The position numbers were made by a program, and so were the translations under genes. The notes below the pieces were generated by a model. The model was not told the DNA's origin and did no database searches. It saw only the letters and a list, made by a program, of their open reading frames with translations. A stretch of DNA of 32,000 nucleotides from sequence record CM128184.1; one strand, written 5' to 3'. Each line of letters opens with the position of its first letter. Positions within the stretch are counted from its first letter, which is position 1. Of this stretch, positions 24,257 through 32,000 are shown piece after piece.

Positions 24257-25132
24257 TTATTTTAAATTTTTTAAGACTCTATATAATTTTTTATATAAAT
24301 ATAGAGTAAATTCCACACTAGTATTATTACAAGGAATAGGATAAGTAATTCCAGTTGCATCACTACTAGTATCAGTACAACCAATAATTGGAATTTGTAA
24401 TCGATTTGCTTCTGATATAAGATTTTGATTATCAGAAGGATTAAATAAAAAAATAATATCAGGTTTGTGTTGTAAAGACACAACTATAGAATTGTCAGAA
24501 ACAGTACCATATCCTTGAAAACATTTTTTTATTTTTTGATATCTTGTAAAATCTATGTTATTTCTTTCGCAGAAGTCACTACAACGTTGTGAAAATTTAA
24601 TATAACAATAAATAGATCGAGATATTTGTTTATAATTTGTTAACGTACCACCAATCCATTTATAAAAACAATAAGAAAGGAGTCTAAAAGTTTTAAAAGG
24701 TAAATTTTTTTCTATAAATTTCATACTATTGATTGATAATTTATAAAATTCTGGATTAGTATTTACTATTAGTACATTACCCCCATTTTCTAAAATCTTG
24801 TTCAATACATAGAATGCTCTTGATAAACATTTTTGCGTTTGTTGAAGATTACAGATAGTAATATCATTACGTATCCCTAAATGATATTGAGACATAGAAG
24901 GATGCCATGAATTAGTTTCCGATAAATAGATAGATTTATGACCAAAATGAGTTGCTTTTCTGTAATAATTAGTAGTTTCCTTATCGATACCTATACTCCT
25001 TGTTTTGGGACTAGTTTTTATGGTTCTTTTAGTTAATCTAAAATAAAATGAACCGGATTTATTAAGAGGAGTGTAATTTGTGGACCAAACCATCCTATTA
25101 TAAAAAGAAGATTTAAATATTGAATTAGGCAT
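24257..25132 (-). CDS. rps2: ribosomal protein S2 (with N-terminal extension)
   Basis: 291 aa. ATHFGHKS...[16 protein letters not shown]...[10 protein letters not shown]...WIGGTLTN...PDIIFLFNP...[11 protein letters not shown] matches the S2 core order. Confidence 0.85.
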   Translation of the reverse strand: MPNSIFKSSFYNRMVWSTNYTPLNKSGSFYFRLTKRTIKTSPKTRSIGIDKETTNYYRKATHFGHKSIYLSETNSWHPSMSQYHLGIRNDITICNLQQTQKCLSRAFYVLNKILENGGNVLIVNTNPEFYKLSINSMKFIEKNLPFKTFRLLSYCFYKWIGGTLTNYKQISRSIYCYIKFSQRCSDFCERNNIDFTRYQKIKKCFQGYGTVSDNSIVVSLQHKPDIIFLFNPSDNQNLISEANRLQIPIIGCTDTSSDATGITYPIPCNNTSVEFTLYLYKKLYRVLKNLK

Positions 25133-25190
25133 AGGGTTTTTGTTGTTTTATAAAAACTACTTGTTGAATAAATATTGTTTATTCATTTTA

Positions 25191-25264
25191 GAGCGGGGGT
25201 AGGACTTGAACCTACAACCTTCAGATTATGAGCCTGACGAGCTAACCATTTGCTCTTCCCCGCT
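25191..25264 (-). tRNA. trnM: tRNA-Met(CAU), initiator-like. An Ile (lysidine) identity cannot be excluded from DNA alone.
   Basis: The reverse complement agcgggg-aa-gagc-aaatggtta-gctc-g-tcagg-ctcataa-tctga-aggtt-gtagg-ttcaagt-cctac-ccccgct aligns closely with bacterial and plant-mitochondrial tRNA-fMet. Confidence 0.85.
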
Positions 25265-25278
25265 TTTGTTTCTATTTT

Positions 25279-25351
25279 TGGGTATGATAGGTCTCGAACC
25301 TACGACCATCAGGTTAAAAGCCCGGTGCTCTACCAACTGAGCTACACACCC
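25279..25351 (-). tRNA. trnK: tRNA-Lys(UUU)
   Basis: Acceptor gggtgtg/cataccc. D arm gctc-agttggta-gagc. Anticodon loop cttttaa. T arm gtagg-ttcgaga-cctat. Confidence 0.88.
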
Positions 25352-25380
25352 GTTTAAAATAACGTTTTCAACATTAATCA

Positions 25381-25451
25381 AGGTTGAGGGCAGAATCGAA
25401 CTGCCATTATAGGATTTGCAATCCCATACATTACCATTATGTTACCCAACC
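25381..25451 (-). tRNA. trnC: tRNA-Cys(GCA)
   Basis: Acceptor ggttggg/ctcaacc. Anticodon arm tggga-ttgcaaa-tccta. T arm ggcag-ttcgatt-ctgcc. Confidence 0.88.
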
Positions 25452-25491
25452 CTTACCTCATTTTATGAGGTGATGTTTATATCTTCTAAAT

Positions 25492-27063
25492 TTATTTAAA
25501 ACAAATCCAGACTTTAATACCTACTAAACCAAAAGAAGTATTTGCGCTTCTAGAAGCAAAATCTATTTTACAGTCAAACACATGTAAAGATGTTTCACCA
25601 TATTTAACACATTCTTGAGTAGCACGCTGTGCTTTTTTAGATTTACCCCCAACACGCCCATTACAAGTAATACGTATACCTCTAATAAATGGTTGCATAC
25701 TTGCTTGTCTTAATATTCTATTTTTGATTCTTGAAAAAGAAACTCGTCGTTCAATAAAATAGACTATTTCATCAGCTACGAAACCAGCACTTTGCCAATT
25801 TTGTTTACTATAAAAAGGAAATAATTGTAAATCAATATTATAGTGTGATGATAAAAAATTCTCAATATGAGTTTTATATTTAAACTTTTTTTGAGAAATC
25901 ATTGATCGAGTGCTATCTAATGCATTATAAATATTAGTTTGTTCCAGACCAAATTTTAACAAATTGTTTGTACCAAGTAACGAATTAATTTCATTGGTTT
26001 TATAAACTTGGTTTATTTTACTTAAGCTTTGAATTTGAGTTGATGAGTCAAGTTTATTATATAATTTTTGATCAGTCTCAAAATGATCTTTTTGTAATGC
26101 TGGCATAAAAGATAAAGACATATTTTGCGTCACATGCGTCACACCAATAGTTTTCATTTCATTGGTTTTAGTCAAACCTTTAATTTTATTAGATCCTTTC
26201 TTTTGTAGAGAATATTTAAAAATATTTTCACTATTTAACGAATTATACTCTTTATTTTGAAACCCATCAACGAATAAATGATTAGATATATGTTCAAGTC
26301 CCGTATTTGTAAGATCGTTGGATTGATATGCAATATCGTTATTATATCCAGATTCTTTTCTTGCACCTACTAGATAATATTGTAATAATAAATTTTTTAA
26401 ATTACGTTTAGATGTGTTTGTTTCTAAATTTGGTGTTTGTTTAGACCAAAATGAGTCTGATACTAAAGAATTTAATAATAATTTAGCACTAATATTTTCT
26501 AAAAAATAAAAATTGGGTGCACCCACTTGATGTTCTGGTTTTTTTGCAAGAGTAATAGACCCATTAACAAGATTAGATTCGTGTAAATTATTGTTATTAT
26601 GAAGTTTTTTACTTATTTCATGAAATACGTGTGGTTTGTTAATTTTAGGAATAGTTTTAAAAAAAAGATTATCATGTAAATTAGTTGCAACTAATTTACT
26701 TTTTTTATCATTCCCAAACCAACCCAAACCAGATTTTTTTGATTTTAAAGATACAAAAGATTTAGGTAGATTACTCCATGCTTTTGAAAGGTGTTGAAAT
26801 AATCCTAGATTTTTAGCAAGAGATACACGAGATGCTCTTGGTATACAAAAAAAAGGATATAATTTTATATTTTGTATACCGAAATTTACACTAACGCGTG
26901 CTTGTGGAAGCCTAACTAATTTTAAAAATGTATTTAAATAATTAGTTAAAAAAAGTTCTCTAGAAAAACACTTAGCGTAAAAATGATCACTATACCAAGT
27001 ACTATCAAAATTTCTATTTACATTTTGTAATCTTAAAGAAATTGGATTTGTTTTTTGTCCCAT
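25492..27063 (-). CDS. rps3: ribosomal protein S3, greatly expanded by a low-complexity internal insertion
   Basis: The N-terminus is MGQKTNPISLRL (KH domain start). The C-terminus is GIRITCNGRVGG...AQRATQECVKYGETSLHVFDCKIDFA...FGLVGIKVWI. About 350 aa of N/K/S-rich sequence lie between them. Confidence 0.9.
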   Translation of the reverse strand: MGQKTNPISLRLQNVNRNFDSTWYSDHFYAKCFSRELFLTNYLNTFLKLVRLPQARVSVNFGIQNIKLYPFFCIPRASRVSLAKNLGLFQHLSKAWSNLPKSFVSLKSKKSGLGWFGNDKKSKLVATNLHDNLFFKTIPKINKPHVFHEISKKLHNNNNLHESNLVNGSITLAKKPEHQVGAPNFYFLENISAKLLLNSLVSDSFWSKQTPNLETNTSKRNLKNLLLQYYLVGARKESGYNNDIAYQSNDLTNTGLEHISNHLFVDGFQNKEYNSLNSENIFKYSLQKKGSNKIKGLTKTNEMKTIGVTHVTQNMSLSFMPALQKDHFETDQKLYNKLDSSTQIQSLSKINQVYKTNEINSLLGTNNLLKFGLEQTNIYNALDSTRSMISQKKFKYKTHIENFLSSHYNIDLQLFPFYSKQNWQSAGFVADEIVYFIERRVSFSRIKNRILRQASMQPFIRGIRITCNGRVGGKSKKAQRATQECVKYGETSLHVFDCKIDFASRSANTSFGLVGIKVWICFK

Positions 27064-27207
27064 TTTTAATTTATTTTTATTTATTTTTGTTGTTTTTTCT
27101 GGAGATGATATTGTCCCAGTATTTAAAATCTATATTTGAGTTATATATAGATATCAGATTATTTTGCTAAAATAAATTACATTTATTTATAGATGTTACT
27201 TGTATGT

Positions 27208-27232
27208 AAATATATAGATTGTCCTATATAAT
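27208..27232 (-). promoter_or_regulatory. variant copy of the rRNA-upstream core motif, about 150 nt upstream of rps3
   Basis: The reverse complement attatataggacaatctatatattt compares with cttatataggaataatctatataga. Confidence 0.3.
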
Positions 27233-27627
27233 CTACAAAACAGTTGTTTATTTAAAACGATTTGAATTTTATGAAGTTTTGGTTTAGAAATAAACAAATA
27301 GACATAAATTTCATTTATTGTACGAAGTAAAATAACGTATATTCTTTATGAATATCAGTTATTTTAATTTCATACAACCAATCGGATTTATAAAGATCAT
27401 ATTAATAAAACAAAATTTATGAATATGATATGAAATTGGACGACATATATAAAAAGTATATAAACTTCTATTATAATCTCTTTTGCATGGTAAATAATAA
27501 ATAAAAGCAAGTGGTTGGATTAAATGAATAACACCGAATCAAATGAAATTTATATTTATTTTGTTTTATAAATCCACATAATTATGGAAATAGATATATA
27601 ATTGATTATAAAATAGAAGCTTACGTA

Positions 27628-28233
27628 CTATTTTTTTTGGTTTTGTATTAAAGCAGACCAAACATTTTCGATTTTTCTCTCTAGAACATCAGATAATTCG
27701 TTTAGTTGCGAATCAGGACTTAAAGTTTCTAGTAATCGACTATAAACTTCTTGACTTGATGTATTATATACACACTCAATTCCTTTTTTTAAGTCCAAAT
27801 GATTATACGCTGTTTTGTCTATAATGGCTCCACAAAAAAACAGATGTGGTATTGAATTTAGAGCTTTCCAAATAGCGGGTAATTGATTTAAATCCATACC
27901 AGCTAAAAGCATATTAGGTCCTTGAAAAAGATTTAAAAAATTAATATTTTTTCTATCCAAACCCAAGTTAGGAACCCCAGCTCTAGATTTATCTAAAGAT
28001 TTAGAAACGATACAATCATTATTATATAAAAACGGACTATCTGCCAAAAATTTTTGTATAATAGTGTTTTTATATTGAAAAATACGTATATTATTTTTTG
28101 TATCCAGACCTAAATCAATTTTTAGATTAGATATTTTTTTTTTTTGAGTTTGTTGTATAAATAAAACGTATCGAGAATTTTGTAAAATGCTGGCAGTTTT
28201 AGATAACTGTATAAGTTTTTTTTTACTTGCCAT
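27628..28233 (-). CDS. rpl10: putative ribosomal protein L10-like protein
   Basis: About 201 aa from the ATG at 28233. Weak but colinear resemblance to bacterial L10: YVLFIQ...IRIFQYKNTIIQKFL...LFQGPNMLLAG...FFCGAIID. It lies among ribosomal protein genes. This call is not verified by a search. Confidence 0.45.
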   Translation of the reverse strand: MASKKKLIQLSKTASILQNSRYVLFIQQTQKKKISNLKIDLGLDTKNNIRIFQYKNTIIQKFLADSPFLYNNDCIVSKSLDKSRAGVPNLGLDRKNINFLNLFQGPNMLLAGMDLNQLPAIWKALNSIPHLFFCGAIIDKTAYNHLDLKKGIECVYNTSSQEVYSRLLETLSPDSQLNELSDVLERKIENVWSALIQNQKK

Positions 28234-28393
28234 AATATATTGAAAATTTTTTATTAATTTATTAGAATTATAATTTTTATGCGATCTATTTATTTGTTTT
28301 TTTATTAAATTAAAAAACACGCATAAATTACCGAAAAAAATGCATTCGTTATAATAACAAGTTGAAATAAATGAAATTTATTATATCGTTTTG

Positions 28394-28729
28394 TTATTTA
28401 TTATAACCACTTTGGTGTTTAATAGAGATATGGATTTGTACACCAACTACATGTAGATTTTTGCAAATTTCAATAAAAGCATGGAGACTATTTATATTTG
28501 CAAAAGAAAGTACCAGTGATCTCTTATATGTTTTAATTTGAAACTGATCTCGAGATTTTTTATGTATATGTGGAGAACGTATTACAGTTATTTTCTTTAA
28601 TTTAGATGGGATAAATATTTCTTTAGAATCCGGTGTTTCCAAAGTATATAAAATTTCATCAAATAAAGAAACCAGTTGATTAATATACAACGGATCAAAT
28701 GATTTTAATTTTAATTGTACTTGTTGCAT
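28394..28729 (-). CDS. rps10: ribosomal protein S10
   Basis: 111 aa. LKLKSFD...LPSKLKKITVIRSPHIHKKSRDQFQIKTYKRSL is an S10-type signature. Confidence 0.88.
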   Translation of the reverse strand: MQQVQLKLKSFDPLYINQLVSLFDEILYTLETPDSKEIFIPSKLKKITVIRSPHIHKKSRDQFQIKTYKRSLVLSFANINSLHAFIEICKNLHVVGVQIHISIKHQSGYNK

Positions 28730-28956
28730 AAAAATGATTTTAAACTTTGTTTTTTTTTGTTTGTCTAAATTGTATAAAATAAATTACAATAAATTTGATT
28801 TATTTTACTTTGTACACAAAGCACTTGTTCAAAAAAATAAAAGTACTTATTATATACTGTATGTACCGAAAAAGTACCCATTATAATATAATGCTTTTAT
28901 TTTTTTGAGCAAGTGCTTTTATTTGTCGAGGCCAATAAAATACTTCGTACAAGTTA

Positions 28957-29012
28957 AAATAAATGAAATTTATTAAAATAAATGAAGTTTATTAAAATAA
29001 ATTCGATTTATT
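28957..29012. repeat. three consecutive mini-hairpin elements (AATAAA-N6-TTTATT) just downstream of nad2
   Basis: aaataaatgaaatttatt, aaataaatgaagtttatt and aaataaattcgatttatt are read directly. Confidence 0.85.
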
Positions 29013-29039
29013 TGTTTGTCTAAATACAATTCTATGTAT

Positions 29040-30596
29040 TTAGACACATAGAGCAATTGCTATTTTATGTGTGATCAAGTGTAACGGTGCAGGGTACGCC
29101 ATACAAAAAATCAGAAAAAATAAAGAAATGGCTAATGCTAAAGCATTTGTTCGTGGTACGCGAGCAGTACTACACCAAGTTTTAGGAGTACTAAAATACA
29201 TTATTCTTATTAATCTAAGATAATAAAAACAACTAACTACACTTGTACACACACCTACGACAGCTAATACACCTAAATTACTTCCAAGAGCAGCGAAAAA
29301 AATATAGGCTTTACTATAGAATCCAGCTAATGGTGGTATACCAGCCATTGAAAACATAGCAATACTAAAAGTAAATGCTAAGAGAGGGTTAGTTTTAGCT
29401 AAAAAAGCTAAATCAGTAATATATTTAATTCTAGGTAGCCCATTATTATGTGTATGACGCATGTTACATAGTAAAATACTAAATACTGCAATATTCATAA
29501 AAATATATACAATTAAATATATAGATAATGCTTGTATTCCTTCAATACTAGCGCAAGCAAATCCTGCAAGTAAATATCCCACATGGTTAATACTACTAAA
29601 AGCCATTAATCGTTTGATTTGACTTTGTGAAAGCGCAGCTAATGCACCTACAAGCATAGAAGCTAAACTAGCAAAAATAACAAGTGTTTGCCAAATTGGA
29701 AACAAGTCATAAAAACTTTGTAAAAATACACGAAGAAACACTGCAAATAATGCGATTTTAGGTGTAATTACAAAAAATGCTGTAATAGGCGTAGGGGCTC
29801 CTTGATATACATCTGGAGACCACATATGGAAAGGTGCTGCAGCTATTTTAAATAAAAATCCTGCAAGTATAAATACCATTCCTAATGAAACAAGTGCCGA
29901 TTCTGTTGTTACAGCTTGAATACCATCAAATGGCACAACACCTGCTGCAAAAATTTTAGCACATTCAGAGAATGAAAGTACACCAGTATATCCATATATT
30001 AAAGAACAACCAAAAATTAATAAACCTGAAGAAAAAGCCCCAAGTAAAAAATATTTTAGTCCTGCTTCAGTTGCAAATTCTGAATTTCTTTTTAACGCAG
30101 CTAACACATAAAAACTTAAACTTTGAAGTTCTATTGCTAAATATAGTGATATAAAATCTGCTGATGACGTTAAAAATAACATACTTGATACAGCAAATAG
30201 TATTAATATTAAAGTTTCAAATGCATTGTCTCCTTGTGTTTGGATATATTGTAATGACATTGATATACAGCATGCACTTGATAATAAACATGTAATTTTT
30301 ACAAATTGAGTGAAATCATCGATAACGAGTGTGTTATAGAGTAACACAGCATTATTTATTGGACTATTATAAATCAATAAAGAAGTATATAACAAGGCCA
30401 TTATCGCATACCAGCTGATATTATACGATAATAATGGATAATTTAATGATTTTGATGTACTAGTAATTACTCCATAAACTAATAAAAAAATACCAGTAGA
30501 TACTAAAAATATCTCCGGAAACAGAGCTAGAAAGTCATTTTCAAATAAAAAACTCGAAAAGGATATCTGTTTATGAAAAGATTGTTCTAAATACAT
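29040..30596 (-). CDS. nad2: NADH dehydrogenase subunit 2
   Basis: 518-aa hydrophobic ORF with LKYFLLGAFSSGLLIFG, FKIAAAPFHMWSPDVYQGAPTPITAFF and LMAFSSINHVGY. Confidence 0.95.
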   Translation of the reverse strand: MYLEQSFHKQISFSSFLFENDFLALFPEIFLVSTGIFLLVYGVITSTSKSLNYPLLSYNISWYAIMALLYTSLLIYNSPINNAVLLYNTLVIDDFTQFVKITCLLSSACCISMSLQYIQTQGDNAFETLILILFAVSSMLFLTSSADFISLYLAIELQSLSFYVLAALKRNSEFATEAGLKYFLLGAFSSGLLIFGCSLIYGYTGVLSFSECAKIFAAGVVPFDGIQAVTTESALVSLGMVFILAGFLFKIAAAPFHMWSPDVYQGAPTPITAFFVITPKIALFAVFLRVFLQSFYDLFPIWQTLVIFASLASMLVGALAALSQSQIKRLMAFSSINHVGYLLAGFACASIEGIQALSIYLIVYIFMNIAVFSILLCNMRHTHNNGLPRIKYITDLAFLAKTNPLLAFTFSIAMFSMAGIPPLAGFYSKAYIFFAALGSNLGVLAVVGVCTSVVSCFYYLRLIRIMYFSTPKTWCSTARVPRTNALALAISLFFLIFCMAYPAPLHLITHKIAIALCV

Positions 30597-30795
30597 ATTT
30601 TTATAAATGCTTTTATATAATTTATATTTTTATGTTTTTTGTACTGTTTAATAAACAATGCAAAAAACATAAAAAGGACCATATTTATTTACTCAAGTAC
30701 TATAAGAGTGTAATCCACAATCCATATAGTGAAATAAACAGGTTAAAATAAATGAAATTTATTACAATAAATATCATTTATTCCGTTAAGATTTA

Positions 30796-31464
30796 TTACC
30801 ACCAACGATAACGAATATTTGCACGATTGGTGATAGCTGCAGTATGCAACTCATCGCGTTTTTGTCTAGCTTTTCCTTGTTTGGAATAGGCTTGATATAT
30901 TTCATCTGCTAGGCATTCTGAAAAATTTTGCGATGAACCTTGCTGTTTTTTTCGTGCTGATTCAATTATCCATCGCATAGCTAGAGTGTCTGCTTTGTGT
31001 TGTGATAATATAGCTGGAATTAGAAATGTATTTCCAGCCCTTCGTACTTTTTTTAATTCTACACTAGGTGTTACATTTTCTATCGCTATCGATACTACCT
31101 CAAGTAATGAAGACATTTCAATAGATATAGAATCATTATTTAAGGGTATCGTAATTTCTTCAAGAGCTTTTTTATTAAATTCATAAATGTAATTTATTTT
31201 ACCCTTTTCTAGAACTTCGTTTATTTTCCCTTTACCTATTCTTTGATTATGATTCATGTGGATTTTGTCCATTTTAACTGTATCCTTTGGAGTCTGGTCT
31301 GAAAATACATTTTTTTTTAATTTTTTATGCTTTAAGATTAACAGACTATCATAAAATAATTGTACAGCTACAGATTTTTTACCATCTATCATTAATAAAT
31401 TAATAAATTTATTACTATTGATTACAGTATTTCTTGTAGTCCCGTATTGTTTTTGACCGTTCAT
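30796..31464 (-). CDS. rps7: ribosomal protein S7 (with internal insertion)
   Basis: 222 aa. LMIDGKKSVA near the N-terminus, ...PSVELKKVRRAGNTFLIP..., and a C-terminal LAMRWIIESARKK...LADEIYQAY...KRDELHTAAITNRANIRYRWW. Confidence 0.9.
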   Translation of the reverse strand: MNGQKQYGTTRNTVINSNKFINLLMIDGKKSVAVQLFYDSLLILKHKKLKKNVFSDQTPKDTVKMDKIHMNHNQRIGKGKINEVLEKGKINYIYEFNKKALEEITIPLNNDSISIEMSSLLEVVSIAIENVTPSVELKKVRRAGNTFLIPAILSQHKADTLAMRWIIESARKKQQGSSQNFSECLADEIYQAYSKQGKARQKRDELHTAAITNRANIRYRWW

Positions 31465-31581
31465 ATAATTTATTTATTATATCGTTTATTTTTTAAATAA
31501 GACACTAATAATGTTTTGTTTTGTCTAAAATAAATTGGATCTATTATATCCATTTTTTTTTAGAGACGAAACAAAACATCA

Positions 31582-31962
31582 TTATGCTTTACTTTTTGGT
31601 GTTCCATAGAGTGACCTAGATTGTTTTCTAGAAATAACCCCTTGTAAATCTAATCGACCACGAACTACTTTGTATTTCACTCCAGGTAAGTCTTTTACAC
31701 GACCACCTCGAATACATACTACGCTATGTTCTTGAAGATTATGGCCTTCACCTGGAATAGAAGCAATAACTACAATTCCATTACATAGACGAATTTTTGC
31801 TACTTTTCTTAGTGCTGAATTAGGCTTTTTAGGTGTTCGTGTGTATACACGAAAACATACACCTCTTTTTTGAGGACATCCAGCTAATGCTGGTTTTTTA
31901 CTTTTAAGTTTTGGAGCTTGTCTAGAGCTTTTTTTTCGTAATAATTGATTGATTGTAGGCAT
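31582..31962 (-). CDS. rps12: ribosomal protein S12
   Basis: [10 protein letters not shown]...[31 protein letters not shown]...[33 protein letters not shown]. Confidence 0.97.
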   Translation of the reverse strand: MPTINQLLRKKSSRQAPKLKSKKPALAGCPQKRGVCFRVYTRTPKKPNSALRKVAKIRLCNGIVVIASIPGEGHNLQEHSVVCIRGGRVKDLPGVKYKVVRGRLDLQGVISRKQSRSLYGTPKSKA

Positions 31963-32000
31963 AAAATATTGCTCTATTTTTCGTTTGTTGGGTAAAATAA

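Noticed and set aside
28234-28320. GTG-initiated N-terminal extension of the rpl10-like ORF
   Set aside because: Every other gene in the window starts with ATG. The in-frame ATG at 28233 gives an L10-like N-terminus. The longer form cannot be excluded but is less likely.

Overview
This window is a strongly AT-rich mitochondrial genome segment. Full-length ORFs appear under the standard genetic code. The gene set (nad, cox, many rps/rpl genes, nad7) and a plant-mitochondrion-like 5S rRNA suggest a green-algal (Viridiplantae-type) mitochondrion. I cannot name the species from sequence alone. The plus-strand block holds cox2 (3' part), cox3, nad7, rps14, rpl16, rps19, trnL(UAA), trnR(UCU), nad5, nad4, rrnS, trnE, trnH, rrn5 and a free-standing tyrosine-recombinase (phage-integrase-family) ORF. 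A gene-free tract of about 1.4 kb follows (13050-14437). Everything after it is on the minus strand. In transcript order this is rps12, rps7, nad2, rps10, an rpl10-like ORF, rps3, trnC, trnK, trnM, rps2, trnG(GCC), cox1, rrnL, trnG(UCC) and trnP. cox1 has 3 exons and 2 group I introns, each with a double-motif LAGLIDADG ORF. rrnL has 2 group I introns, one carrying a single-motif LAGLIDADG ORF. The points most worth follow-up are these. (1) The intact recombinase ORF plus the adjacent gene desert. (2) An identical 52-nt motif in inverted orientation directly upstream of both rRNA genes; its 27-nt core also heads a 24-bp tandem array before rpl16, and a variant lies upstream of rps3. This looks like a candidate promoter, and the two inverted copies bracket a 9.7-kb segment that contains the recombinase. 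(3) A very abundant mini-hairpin family (AATAAA-N5-7-TTTATT) at gene 3' ends, inside rRNA variable regions and inside introns. (4) Long unique perfect stem-loops after most protein genes. (5) A Q-to-R core block nearly identical between an rrnL intron and a cox1 intron. I see no defence-system-like or clearly unprecedented multi-gene system. All homology calls come from my own reading of the translations and need database confirmation.
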